Shown here: positions 45,820 to 62,179 of the stretch, piece by piece | Layout: each line of letters begins with the position of its first letter | How positions within the stretch are numbered: the stretch's first letter is position 1 | From: the human T2T-CHM13v2.0 reference genome, Homo sapiens | Reading direction: 5' to 3' (one strand) | NCBI RefSeq assembly: GCF_009914755.1 | Contig: NC_060928.1 | DNA length: 64,000 nt | Notes under the pieces: generated by a model | Told to the model about the DNA's origin: nothing | Databases searched by the model: none | The model's input: the letters and a program-made list of their open reading frames with translations, nothing else | Program-made: the position numbers and the translations under genes

Positions 45820-46575
45820 TTATCAGTCTAGACTCAATCAGGAGACAGAATCACACAATATTTACACAGGGGAAGTTTAATGTAAATAATTATATAGCTG
45901 AGCACAGTGGCTCATGCCTGTAATCTCAGCACTTTGGGAGGCTGAGGCAGGCAAATCACTTGAGGTCAGGAGTTTGAGACTAGCCTGGCCAACATGGTGA
46001 AACCCTGTTTCTACTAAAAATACAAAAATTAGCCGGGCATGGTGGCAGGCACCTGTAATCCTAGCTACTTGGGAAGCTGAGGCTGGAGAATAACTTGAAC
46101 TCAGGAGGCGGAGGTTGCACTGAGCTGAGATCATGCCATTGCACTCCAGCCTGGGCAACACAGTGAGACTAAGTCTCAAAAATAAATAATAATTATTATA
46201 AAGCATAGAATAGGAGGGTAAATGAAAAGATAGGCAGATGTGGTATAAAGTACCCTGGGGTAATGGAGAGCACCCATAGAAGGACAAACAGAGAAAAGTA
46301 GACCTTCACCAGGATCGGGGCCAGATCTTGTTGGGGATGTAGTTGCAGCCCACAAGAAGGGTAATTTCCTGAGGCTGCATCAGAGCTGTTCCACAGTCAC
46401 CTTGCAAGCTGGAATCACTCTCTAGCATCTAGGTGAACAAAGAGAAGAGTGAGCAGAGGATCAGAGCTATGCGGTGAGAGGTGTGGAATGCACAGTCACA
46501 GCAAGATGATCATTGTAATGAGGCCAGGGAAGCAAGATCACAAAGGGATGGTGCACTCTGTTCCAATGCCACACA
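45820..46575 (-). mobile_element. ERVL LTR (LTR41/LTR52-like) split by an Alu
   Basis: tatcagtctagactcaatcaggagacagaatcacac..gtttaatgtaaataatta; taccctgggg. Confidence 0.55.
45896..46190 (+). mobile_element. AluSx/Sz-class element
   Basis: Full dimer, cacttgaggtcaggagtttgagac. Confidence 0.92.
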
Positions 46576-46619
46576 TGACGTATCACTCATGGACCATGCA
46601 GCAGGACCGAGAAAAAAAA

Positions 46620-47720
46620 AAAAAACAAAGGAATTGTTTTAAACATTTTCATGGACAAATACTCATATTGTCCATCAAAATGTTTGCATTTATTTGATAT
46701 GCTTTACTGTATTATTATTGTATTAACACCATAAAGCACATCAAATATTTTTTGAATGTCTGTGTTTGTATTTTATAAAGAAAAATATTCCTGTCCAATC
46801 ATAAAAGTATTCTTCAGTATTTTTTCCAATATCTTTGTAGTCTAGATTTTCACATATATTTCTTTAATCTATCCACAGGTATCATTTTTTTGAGTAAATA
46901 AATACCTAATACAATTTCATCTTTTTTCCCATGCAGATCATTCATTAAAGCAGAAATAACATTTACTTTTCCCATCGATAAGTAATGCTACACATGCCAA
47001 GTATCAAGTTGCAAATTTATGGAAGTATTCTGTATCTGAGTTATTTGCAGTGTTTCATTGATCTATTTTTTATTCCTGTACAAATAACTCCTTGTGCATT
47101 CACCACACTGTTTAAATTACTGTCATTTTCATATGTCTTGATATTTGATTCAACAAGTTCTTACTTTGTCCTCTATAATTATCTCTACTATTCTAGGCAA
47201 TTAGTTTTTTTATACATATTTTTAATCTAGGTCTATGAAAATCTTTAGAAATATTGATTAGAAATTAATTTAAATTGTGAAATATATTAAAGAGAGTACT
47301 GATATATCAGTGTTAGTGAGTTTTTGAATTATAATTATGCCTTTCCATTTAATTATATTTCTTTTCCTAACATTCATTAAAATTTTATAATTTTTCTTAA
47401 AAAAATTATAAAAAGTTTTTCTAAAAAAATTATAAAAAGTTTTCACAATTTGTTAGAGTGATGTTTAGATGTCTAGTTTTTGGTTGCTTTTAAGATTCTA
47501 TTTTCGTAAAATTTACACATGCTCTTCTTTGCTGGTATAAATAAATACAATAATTCTGTATACATTGATCATAAATCCAAAAACTTGTGGTACCCTTTTT
47601 AGTGGTAGAATTTTTTTCTGTATGTTTCCATTATGATAACCACAACAATCATGCATAGTTTTGTTATTTTTAAAGTTTTTGGAAACTTATTCATTTTTTA
47701 CCTATTTGAAAATGTTTAAC
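46620..47720 (-). mobile_element. Ancient L1ME-type ORF2 fragment
   Basis: T-rich decayed L1 reverse complement (ttcattgatctatt, tttccatttaatt, ttgctggtataaat). Confidence 0.55.
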
Positions 47721-48588
47721 CTTTGGTGATTAGCCAATTTCATAATAAATGAGTTTCTAATATAGTATGTTTTATATTAACTTAAAGCCTCTATTGTCTG
47801 TCAGCTAAATTATCCCTTCCTTATCTGCTCTGTGATAATGGACCTTAAGTATTTCCTCTCTACAGTGAGCCTGATGTTTTATTTTGTTAGTTGAGGGTAC
47901 AGGAGGAACATTACAGGCAAAAGAGGACTTTCTTTTGTAGTACCATATGAATTTTATATGCTTTTTACTATTTCTGTAAAAAATGACTTTAAATTTTTGA
48001 TAGGAATTACATTAAATATATATGGCACTTTGGGTTGTATGGACATTTTAGCAAAATTAATTCTTCCAATCTGTAAACTTGAGGTATTTTTCCACTTACT
48101 TGTGTCTTCCTCAATTTCTTTCATCAGTGTTTCATAGTTTTTAGTGTGCAGATCTTTCAACTCCATGGTAAAATTTATTTTCAAATATTTTATTGATTTG
48201 GATGCTGTTCTAAATGTGATAATTTTCCTGATTTTCTTTTCAGCTAATTCATTGTTAGTGTATAGAAATGTTACTAATTTATTATGTTGATTTAGTATTC
48301 TGAAACTTTACAGAATCCATTTATTAATTTTAAAATTTGTGTTTTTGTGTGTGTGTGGTGTTTAGGACAATTACTTTGCATTATTCATAAAAGTCAACTC
48401 AAAATGAATGAAAGACTTAAATTGGAGATCTGGAACTACAAAACTTCTAGAGGAAAACACAGAGGAAATCTTCTTGACTTGTTCTTCACAGTAATAATTG
48501 CGTATGACACCAAAAGCACAGGCAACTAAAAATAAATAAATAAACAAGGAGAAGTACATCAAACTAAAAAGCTTTTATATAGTGAAGG

Positions 48589-50943
48589 TGATTTGGTTTG
48601 GCTATGTCCCCACCCAAATCTCTTCTTGAATTATAGTTCCCATAATCCCCACGTGTCATGGGAGGGACCCAATGGGAAGTAAATTAATCATGGGGGCTGT
48701 TACCCTCGTGCTGGTCTTGTAATAGTGAGTTCTCTGGAGATTTGATGGTTTTATAAGGGGCTTTCCCCCTTTTGCTTGGCACTTCTCCTTGATGCCACCA
48801 CGTGAAGAAAGATATGTTTGTTTCCCCTTCTGCCATAATTGTAAGTTTCCTGAGGCCCCACCAGCCAGGTGGAACTGTGAGTCTATTAAACCTCTTTCCT
48901 TTATAAATTACCCAGTCTCATGCATGTCTTTATTAGCAGCATGAGAATGAACTAATACAGTAAATTGGTACTGCAGAGAGTGGGGTGCTGCTATAAAAAT
49001 ACCCAAAAGTGTGGAAGCAACTTTGGAACTGGGTAACAGGCAGAGGCTGGAACAGTTTGGAGGGCTCAGAAGAAGATAGGAAAATGTGCAAAAGTATGGA
49101 ATTTCCTAGACAGTTAGAGGGCTCAGAAGACAGGAAGATGGAAGAAAGACTGGAACTTCCTAGAGATTTGTTGAGTGGCTTTGACCAAAATGCTGATAGT
49201 GATATGGACAATAAGGTCCAGGCTGAGGTAGTCTCAGATGGGGCTGAGGAACTTGTTGGGAACTGGAGTAAAGGTCACTCTAGCTATAAGTCTTTAGCAG
49301 AGAGACTATTAGCTTTTCGTCCCTGCCCTAGAGATCTGTGGAACTTTAAATTTGAGAGAGATGATTTATGGTACCTAGTGGTAGAAATTTCTAAGCAGCA
49401 AAACTTTCAAGAGGAAACAGGGCATAAAAGTTTGAAAAATTTGCAGCCTGATGATACAATAGAAAAGAAAGACCCATTTTCTGGGAAGAAATTTCAGCCT
49501 GCTGCAAAAATTGGCCTATATAACAAGGAGTCAAATGCTAATCACCAAGACAATGGGGAAAATATCTCCAGGGTATGTCAGAGACCTTCATGGCAGCCAC
49601 TCCCATCACAGGCCTGGAGGCCTAGGAGGGAATAATGGTTTCATGGGCCCAGCCCAAGGCCCCCCTGCTCTTTGCGACCTTGGGACATGGTGCCCTGCAT
49701 TCCAGCTGCTTCAGCTGCCATCCATGACTAAAAAGGGTCAGCATACAGCTCAGGGTATTGATTCAGAGGGTGCAATCCCTGAGCCTTGGCAGCTTACACA
49801 TGGTGTTGGGTCTGTGAGTGCACAGAAGTCAAGAATGAAGGTTTGGGAACCTCTACCTAGATTTCAGAAGATGTATGGAAACACCTGGATGTCCAGGCAG
49901 AAGTTTGCTGCAGGGGCTGGAATTCATGGAGAATCTCTGCTACGGCAGTGTAGAAGGAAAATGTGGGGTTGGAGCCCCCAAATAGAGTCCCTACTAGGGC
50001 ACTGCCTAATGGAGCTGTGAGAAGAGGGCCACCATTATCCAGACCCCAGAATGGTAGATCTACCAACAGCTTGCACCATGTGCCTGGAAAAGTCACAGAC
50101 ACTCAACTCCAGCCCTTGAAAGCAGCCAGGAGAGTGGCTGTAGCCTGCAAAGCCAAAAGGGTGGAGCTGCTCAAGGCTGTGGGAATCCACCTCTTGCATC
50201 AGCGTGATCTGGATGTGAGACATGAAGACAAATAAGATCATGTGGGAACTTTAAGGTTTAATGACTGCCTTAGTGGATTTTGAAGTTGCATGCTCCCTGT
50301 AGCCCCTTTGTTTTGGCCAATTTCTCCCATTTGGAGTGGATGTATTTGCCCAATTCGTGTACCCCTGTTGTATCTAGGAAGTAACTAACTTGCTTTTGAT
50401 TTCGCAGGCTCATAGGCAGAAGGGGCTTGAATTGTCTGAGATGAAAACTTGGACTTGGACTTTTGGGTTAGTGCTGGAATAAGTTGAGATTTTGGGCAAC
50501 TGTTGGAAAGGGATGATTATGTTTTGCAACATAAGGACATGAGATTTGACAGGGGTCAAGTGTGGAATAATATGGTTTGGCTGTGTCCCCTCCCAAATCT
50601 CATCTTGAATTGTAGGTCCCATAATCCCCACATGTCATGGTAGAGACCTGGTGGGAGGTAATGTAATCATGGGAGTGGTTACCCTCATGCTGTTCTCATG
50701 ATAGTGAGTAGGTTCTCAGGAGATCTAATTGTTTTATAAGGGGTTTTTACCCCTTTTACTTGGCACTTCTCCTTGCTGCTGCCATGTAAAGAAGGATGTG
50801 GTTGCTTCCCCTTCCTCCATGATTGTAAGTTTCCTGAGGCCTCCCCAGCCATGCAGAACTATGAGTCAATTAAACCTCTTTCCTTTGTAAATCACCCAGT
50901 CTTGGATATGTCTTTATTAGCAGCATGAAAACTGATTAATACA
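48589..50943 (+). mobile_element. Complete THE1C MaLR element (LTR 48589-48959, internal, LTR 50568-50943)
   Basis: Both LTRs end taataca; internal ORF remnant WKQLWNWVTGRGWNSLEGSEEDRK; TSD gaagg/taagg. Confidence 0.93.
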
Positions 50944-51593
50944 TAAGGAACCAATCAACAAAATGAAAAGGTTACCTATAGACTGGGAGAAAATATTTGC
51001 AAACTGTATGTCTATTAAGGGGCTGACATTTAAAATGTATAGGGAACTCACACAACTCAACAGCAAGAAAACAAATATACAAACAAAACCCTAATTAAAG
51101 AATAGATCAAATGAATAAGCATTTTTACAATGAAAACAGACAAATGGCCAATGAGTATATGAAATGGTGTTCAACATCACTAATCATTAGAAAAATGCAA
51201 ATTAAAACCACAATGAGGTATCACCTCACACTTGTTAGAATGGCTATCATCAAAAAGATGATTATCAAGAAAGTAACAATCACTGATGAGGATTAGAGAA
51301 AAACAATTCATTGTACATTGTTGGTGTGAATGTAAATTGGTAAAGCTATTATATGAAATAATGTTATGGTGGTTCCTCAAAAAATTAAAAATAGAATTAC
51401 CATATGATCCAGCATTCTCATTTCTGGATATGTATCCAAAGGAAAGAAAATTAATACCTTGAAGAGATATCTGCACTGCGATGTTCATTGCAGCTTTGGT
51501 CACAATAGTAAAGATATGGAAACAATCCAAGTGCCTATGAATGGATTAACAGATAAGGAAATCATATATAAAATACATATAAAGAAATCATAT

Positions 51594-54230
<2,637 letters not shown>

Positions 54231-54727
54231 TATATATAAATGTATAAAGAAATAATACATATATAATATACATATATTGTATATTACATATATTGTCATT
54301 CTATATTACATACTATATAGCATATATATTATATATAAAATATGTGTGTATTGTATATGTGTATATATACATATAATAGAATATTATTTAGCCTTTACAA
54401 AGAAGGAGATCCTGCCATTTATGACAACCTGGATGATCCAGGAAGACATTGTGCTAGATGAAATAAGCCAGAAATGGAAGGAAAACTACTTCCTGATCTC
54501 ATTTGCATGTGGACTCCATAAAAGTTGGACTCACGGAAGCAAAGTAAAAAGGTGGTTAGCAGGGGACGGGAGGAAAGGGAAATGGGGCAGTGTTTGTCAA
54601 GGGTACAAGGTTGCAGTTATGTAGGACAAATAAGTCTAGATATGTAAGGTGCAGTGTGATGACTGCAATTAATAATACTGTATTGCATATTGAAATTTGC
54701 TAAGGAGTGGATTTTAGTTGCTCCCAC

Positions 54728-54776
54728 CACACACACACACGCGCACACACACACACACACATACACACACATACAC
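54728..54776. repeat. Interrupted (CA)n microsatellite
   Basis: CA run with CG/TA interruptions inside the L1MA 3' UTR. Confidence 0.9.
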
Positions 54777-54876
54777 GTTAACTGTGTGAGGAGATGGATA
54801 TGTTAATGTGCTTGACTGTAGTAATCATGTCTTTATAAAATAATTTTTAATAAGAAAAATCTCCATTCAAATTGTC

Positions 54877-55242
<366 letters not shown>

Positions 55243-55933
55243 TAATGTTTAAAAACCATAATATAAGCATATTATTTTAAAGTAAGTTAACATAGTTTAA
55301 TTCATCTAAAATCAACAGGGCTTCATTAATAAGACAACAAAGAGTATTAATAACACTGGTTAACTAAATAGCAACTAATTCTGCTAAAAGTAGGGAGTTA
55401 ATCTTGTTTTTTACTTGTTGAACCATTCAATATGACAATTTATATTTTTTCCTCAGCTCTAAGAAACTTGAAATAATTATTTCTTTTTTTTTTTACTCCA
55501 TTTTGTCGTTTGCCATTTTCTGGGATTTTAGTAAGAAAATATTAACCTTTCTGAATTAATCTTCCATTTTCTTACATGTTCTCAAAATAAGATCGCCACA
55601 CAGGCAAATAGGATACATCAAGTGATGGGCCTTAATTTGGGTGCACAGACAAGAAATTAGAAGGTCGTCACTATGCATGCTCTGTAATGCAAAATACAGG
55701 GGGCTTTATTTTGGGTCATCAAAACCTGCACTACAATTTATAGTTCTGCCCCCAAAGGGGTTTCATTTTAAAAATAGAGCATGCAGATAAAATGCTTGAC
55801 TACATGTTGCCCTGCATTTTTAGAGCTGGGGAGGAGTTCCGGGCTGGTTTTCCTATCAGTGACTCCTTAACTAATTGTCCTCTGTCTTGCCTCGCTCTGC
55901 ATAGCTCTGTGACTGCAGTGTCTCTTGTGTCCT

Positions 55934-55981
55934 CAGAGAGGCTGACCTCCTCACCCCCAGAGAGGCTGCCCTCCTCGCCCC
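55934..55981. repeat. 24-bp tandem duplication
   Basis: cagagaggctg(a/c)cctcctc(a/g)cccc x2. Confidence 0.9.
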
Positions 55982-56371
55982 AACGACCTACAGCCTCTTC
56001 CCACGTGAGAAGGTTGTGCACTCTCAGCATTGTTTCTTCTCTTCACAAAACTTCCATCTACTGCTCATGACCCAAGTTCCTCCATAGTACCTTTACATTG
56101 GTGAGCCCTTATCTTGATCTTTCTGACCAGTAGCTGTTTTTCTAATTGAAAATTTGATAAAATTCTGGAAAGGGTAATAAATGGGTGTGCTTATATTTCA
56201 TAATGAGCAGGAAGTACATATTCATTTCACATCTTCTCGATACTGTTATGCCCACTTGGCTTAGTATCATGGGTGGTCATGTAAAGAGTTTTTGCAATCA
56301 GTATTATTCATTTAGAAATTAGGTTGGAATATTTAATAAAAATATGTTGACCACTTCAGTATTTTTGTATA

Positions 56372-56760
56372 AAGGCAGTGTTCACATTGCACGGTAGTGC
56401 AGAACCATAAAAGTAGTCATGCAAGTTTAAAATGTACAAGGCTATTTTAATCAACATTGGGAAAATGTACATCAGGTTTGCTTTCACTAAGTTCCTCTGG
56501 TTGTATATCTGAAGTCTTGTCATTGAGACAATGTGAACGTTTCCAAGTTAAGTTATTTCTTCTATAAGTCAATTTATGCTTGATTTGGATTTCATTTCAT
56601 TCATCACTTTTTGTTTCTTTACTGCACTTTTATTTTTGTTGGCTGATTCTCTCTTTCAATTATCCATTTTGGTAAAATATCTCATGCATTTATCACTGGA
56701 AGACTATGAGAACTAAGAGGGAGCATCTTCTTGGTTAAAGCTATAGCTCACACTTGTGAA
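56372..56760. mobile_element. Old Tigger-type (Tigger13a-like) DNA transposon fragment
   Basis: ggcagtgttcacattgcacggtagtgcagaaccataaaa resembles a remembered Tigger13a terminus. Confidence 0.45.
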
Positions 56761-57046
56761 TAAGAAAAGGAGTGTCAATGATCTCTTTATTTAAAAAGTA
56801 TGTTCTTTTCACTTTTCTGCTCTCAATCATTTACAAAAAGCCTAGAGAAACTGAATTTATTAACAAATGACAAGATAGCATGCCCTCTCTCCATATATAT
56901 ATATGTTCGTGTGTGTGTTTTAGTACAAGAATATATATTTGAGACGAGTTATTTGTATTCAAATGTATTTTTTAGGATTGTAATCTAATATTTAACTTTA
57001 AAATATCTGCTTTTCTAAATTTTCCTTCATGATTAACCCCCCAAAA

Positions 57047-57130
57047 ATTGTGTGGGGTGAAGCTGTTTCTGGTATTGTGTGGGATAAAACTGTTTCTGGT
57101 ATTGTGTGGGATAAAACTGTTTCTGGTATT
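57047..57130. repeat. 27-bp minisatellite, 3 copies
   Basis: attgtgtgggataaaactgtttctggt x2 identical plus one diverged copy. Confidence 0.95.
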
Positions 57131-57512
57131 TCTTCATGTAACCACATGATGGCAGCAAAGGATAAGAGCACAGGCATACAGCCATTGCGCAATAAAAAGC
57201 AAAAACACAGTTATAGAATAAGTACACAATTACGGAACGGTCCCAACGTAGAAAACTAATTTATATTATATAAGCCCTCAGAAACATTCAGCTTATTATT
57301 AAAATGTAAAAGTCTTGCTATTTCTAATTCTAATGGGTGAATAATATAGCCACCAGTGGTTATTTTGTTGACTATTTAATCACCTTCTTAACCATACGTT
57401 TGGATTGTAGTTTCCCATTCTTAGTTATCTAAATTATCATTTTCAACTTTTCTCCACCTAAAAGTTTATTTCTTCCACTTATTATCATTGTAGTCATGAA
57501 CACAAAGACCAT

Positions 57513-57527
57513 ATGTATACATATATG

Positions 57528-57565
<38 letters not shown>
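57513..57565. repeat. (TA)n/(CA)n compound microsatellite
   Basis: TA-rich run followed by an AC run. Confidence 0.9.
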
Positions 57566-57568
<3 letters not shown>

Positions 57569-58149
57569 CTTATGAATTTTATCTTCCTATTTGTGCTGCC
57601 TTCAATTACTTTTAAAACACATTTTATTTCTTTCCATAAGTTGTACACTCACATTTGTGACCTAGATGCCAGACTCTGTGGCTACTACAAAGAAGGTCAG
57701 GAACTTTAAGTGCTCCTGTCCGCTGTCAATATCACAGCTGCCCAACACCATGAAGTTAGTGACAGAAATGGAGGGCTGGAATCCAGCCACGGCAAACATG
57801 CACACATGAGAAAGTCCACCCTTCAATCAGGGAAAAAAATGACCTCCAGTGACTTTCTGCCTTCAAAAACTTGTAGGACTATATTAAACTATGGAATTTA
57901 AATTCATTCAGACTATAATGGCAAGCCAGACATGGCCATGTAATTTTATCATTCCAATCCCTAAAAAGGGATGGGGACAGGAATGGCAGAAATTGATTCT
58001 CATTGTCAATAACAAGAATCCACGATTCCCTTTAAGGATGTTCTCAATATCCTTAAACCTTTTCTACTAATTATTAAAACCCATGATTTTGTTATTGCAA
58101 AAAATATCGTGATAACTTTCAGTTTTTGGTGATTAAGAATAAAGTTTCT

Positions 58150-58500
58150 TTTAGGAAGTCAATTCCACTCCTGACTTTTTAATACTATAAAAAGATCTAA
58201 GCAAGTAAGCAAATATGTACGCAAGTATTTTGCGCTGCTGTTTATAATAGTAAAGTACTGAAAAATCCCAAAAATTCATCAATTCAGAATTGGTTAAATA
58301 AACTCATGGTACAGCTATGAGTACATGATACAGCTATTCTTCATTCAAAAGAATGAAAAATTCTATATATTGCCAATGAAAGATGGTTAAAATATATTAA
58401 ATGAACAATAAAGCTAATGTAATACATTATGATTATAATTTTTGTGAAAAATTCAGCATATATACATATTAAAATAATCTGAAAGAACAACAAAAAATAA
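58150..58500 (+). mobile_element. L1ME-type 3' fragment
   Basis: caattccactcctg..tgtttataatagtaaa..ttggttaaataaactcatggtaca. Confidence 0.65.
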
Positions 58501-59061
58501 AGCTTCTGGTAAATCAAACTATATAATTAACAAACTTCACAGAAGGTTAGTTTGAATTACATCCTCAATGTGGACTGTCAATAAGAATAAAATGTGCTAT
58601 ATACGTGTTTGTGACTATACCATAATTTGTTCATAAAATTCAATATATTTTACTCATAAAATTCAAATCAATGTCCTTTCCTACATTACTTTATATATTA
58701 AAGGATGCTCATTTTTCTACCTCAGTAATGTTAAATTCCCTTGAAAATGGAAATTTGAATATGCAATTTATAAATTAATATACTGTGAAAATGATTAGAA
58801 GTGGCTAAGCAATTTTAACCTAGTATTAGCAGGATGTGAAGTAAATCAGATAGATAAGGGGAACTGGTTCTTTAAAACCACATATTGGCATCATTTTTAA
58901 AAAGGTGATGCCTCATTAAACCTAGTCCCAGTGCCAACAGGACAACAAACATTTGTTTATTTTGAGACTCTTGGAGTCCTTGGTGAAAATCAGTATTATC
59001 AAATTTGATAGAATTATATTTAGAATTCATTAGAAATGCTTTGAGTAGCCCTTTATCCACT

Positions 59062-59320
59062 AGAGGCAGTATAATAAAATCTTGGGTTTGTATTATACTT
59101 GGGCTCTCTGGGTCAAATACCAACTCCACCTCAAGGGCTATGGGACTGTCAACATATCGCTTGTTTACACCTCAGTTTACTCCTGTGTTACAGATTCTTC
59201 CAGACATAAATCTTAGAAAACAGTACAGTTTATACACACAATAAACATGTGTGACCCTCATTGTTAAAATATATGTATAGTATCCTAGGCACCTAGGCAC
59301 CAATCAGTACTTATCAATCA
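59062..59320 (+). mobile_element. MIR
   Basis: agaggcagtata..ctgggtcaaataccaactccac..cctcagtttactc. Confidence 0.55.
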
Positions 59321-60154
59321 AACCATTCTAGTCATAGTGTGAATTTGTGGGGCATGATTATTTTACTGAAGCTATAACATGAATAAGTATATTTCAAAGT
59401 TTACAATCATAGTCACCTTAATTTGTAGACATGGGGATGATGTTTTGAACTAATGTTGTGTTCCATGCTAGACATTAGGGGTTTATGTATGTTCATGATG
59501 AAATATAAATCTAAGAGTAAATATAATAAATTTGGGGCACAAATTTTAATCCTTCAAATCATAGGATTAAAATCCTTCCAGTTATAGGATAACTGTTTAT
59601 AGCTAGATGTTTTTCATCATTTTTTTACTCAAATTATATTTACTGAACTAATTCTCCGTGGAGGGTGTGCAGGAGTTGAGTGCTAAGGGAATTGCAGGAA
59701 TAATTAAAGTATAATTATTTATATTCAAGCATGAACTTTTGTAAAGTGAATATTAAGTCCCCTTCTCAATGTCAGTAGTCTTTGCATGGTGCACTATCTG
59801 TTTATGTACTTGGGGTCAATAAATCATCTAGGTAAGAGGCCAAGCACAAAGCCTCTGATATGGTAGCTTAGCAGATAACTGGGAGATATTTCAAAAAAAC
59901 CTCTGTTGTTTAAATTGCTATAAAAATAATTTTTAAGTCACAGCCTAATAATAAAAGAATGCTTTCATAATCAATGAAAAATCAAGTGCCTAATGCATTT
60001 TTTAAAATTAGTCTTAATGTTGTCTTTCTTTAAATTTCTCAAAGTAAAATAAAAACAGGAAAAAAAAATTTCCTCTCTCCCACCCCTCCAGGGGATGGCG
60101 GAGTGCGAGGGGGTTGGGAGGGCGAGCGTGGAGAGGTGCAATGGGCAGGGCCCA

Positions 60155-60650
60155 TTTGGTGGCAAGAAATCAAGATCCAGTTCACAATGGCTTATCCAGT
60201 GAAAAGGTAAATCACTGGATTCTCCTAACTCAAAAGTCAAAGCTGTCTGGCTTTAAGCACAACTAGACCCAATTATCCAATTATTAAAATATGTTTCAAA
60301 TCTACACCTTTTCAACTTTGGACATCGTTTTCCCCTATAGGCTTTTTTTAAGATACACTTTCCCCAGTGTTACATTTTGTTTTGTCTCCATGAATGTAAA
60401 TATATTTTTAGTTTCCCAGCCTGGTTTTCCTGGGTTTGGCTTGAATCATCGCCTCTCTGTGAACCAACTCCTGCAATCCTAAGTATCTCCACTGGATCAC
60501 ATAACTAGGTTTAGAATTAGGAGGTGAAACCAAAGCGATCTAAATCACACTGCCTGAAAGTGAGAAATAGTTGGTTCTTCACATGAAAATAAGCACTTGC
60601 ACTCCCCAGTAGAAGAGGAAAGCATTGTCGATCCGGTAAAAAGAACTGTG
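60155..60650 (-). mobile_element. MLT1K/L-like LTR
   Basis: ggcaagaaatcaagatccagttcacaatggctta..ggctttaagcacaactagacc..tgaaccaactcctg. Confidence 0.55.
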
Positions 60651-60994
60651 GATAAGAGGCAATTCTCAAATTGGAAATCTAATTTATATATTTGCCCAGG
60701 CATGAGGGAAGGGAGAGTGGATTGCAATCTCTTGCATATGTATGATTTTATATTTTGACCATGTGGTTAGACAATCATCTGCTAGGAGTGATTCTTAAAT
60801 AACGACAACACGAACATAATTGTCATCATAATGCCACATCATATCCACAGGCCTTGGAACAAAGAAGAGTTATTGGCTATATTTGAAAGAATAATGCTTA
60901 GATTGTCTACCCAAGGTATTGCATTTATAAATGATGTGTATTTTACACCATGATGTGGGAGGCGGGTAGAAAACTTAAACACTATGACTGAACA

Positions 60995-61265
60995 TTTAAG
61001 GAGTGGAGAGTTATGTTCCTCTTCCTTGAGGGCAGAGTATCTACTTATTTGAAATTCTTCTGCATGGGAGAATCACCTATTCTCTTCATTTATTTATTTA
61101 TTCAATCATTTATTTATGTAAGTATTGGCTCATGAATATTTATTTTATATTTAGATGTATAATCCAGTACTACTTTATTTTTATATTTTTGCTCAAATTG
61201 TCCCAGCTTTGGCCATTAGAGGCTCTTTTAATTGCATCCTGTGTCACTTTGACATACTCTCATCA

Positions 61266-61298
<33 letters not shown>

Positions 61299-62175
61299 TG
61301 TGTATGTGCATGTGTGTTTGTGTGCTTTGGGCACCTATCTTTTGATGCTACAAGGTGTTCCAGTGAAGGAGTAAAATTACTGGAGAATGGTATGAAAAAC
61401 CAAGATCTGGACACTAGGTGTGCTCGTTGCTACTGGAGTGTCATTGTTTCCAGAGATGCTCAATTAATAGAGCAGGAAATACAGATATATACTATCCTAT
61501 GACTACATATATATAGTAAATATTTCTACATATGGCCATTGTATCTATATTAAACTAAATATGAGGTCATTTTGATGTCTTCAACTCTAATCCTTCATCA
61601 GAAATCATATGACTATCAGTGTGTGAATCTCTTTCTGGTCCATCTAGTTTGTTCCACAGATCTCTCTGTCTATTCTATGTCAATAACACATTGCCTTGTT
61701 TACTGTCTCTCTATAAAAAGAGGCATTAAAAATGTTCCAACTGTGCTCTTCTTCTTGATTGTGTTGGTTATTCTAAGGCTTTTGACTTTCCATGAAAAAT
61801 TTAGGATCAGTTTGTCAATATCTACCAAATACCTTCCTTGGATTTTGATTAGAATTTTCTTGAATCTATAGATCAATTGGGACAAATTGACATCTTAACA
61901 ATATTGAGTCTTCCAATTTGTGACCACAAAATATCTTTTCATTTATTTAGAGCTTCTTTTTTTCTTTCATTACATTTCTTTAGTTTTCCACTTACCAACA
62001 TTATGTATTTTCTTAGATTTGTGGTGAAGTATTTCATATTTTAGTGATATTGCCAATCTTATATTATTTAAATTTTAAATTTCACTTGCTTATTGCTGGT
62101 ATACAGAAAAGCAATAGACTTTTGCATAGTAATTGTGCATCGTTTAACCTTGCAATAACTTGCTTATTAGTTTTC
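60995..62175 (-). mobile_element. L1MD/L1MC-class fragments
   Basis: gctcaaattgtcccagctttggccatt and aaaccaagatctggacactaggtgtgctc (3' UTR), then ORF2 reverse complement (LILNFSWK). Confidence 0.8.
61268..61320. repeat. (TG)n microsatellite
   Basis: TG run with interruptions. Confidence 0.9.
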
Positions 62176-62179
62176 CGTA

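Noticed and set aside
47390-47445. Short AT-rich tandem duplications (also 21878-21906 and 58630-58670)
   Set aside because: Common slippage products in low-complexity sequence
49058-49170. Internal ~55-bp duplication (gagggctcagaag..ttcctaga) in THE1
   Set aside because: Present in both THE1 copies, so it is an ancestral family feature
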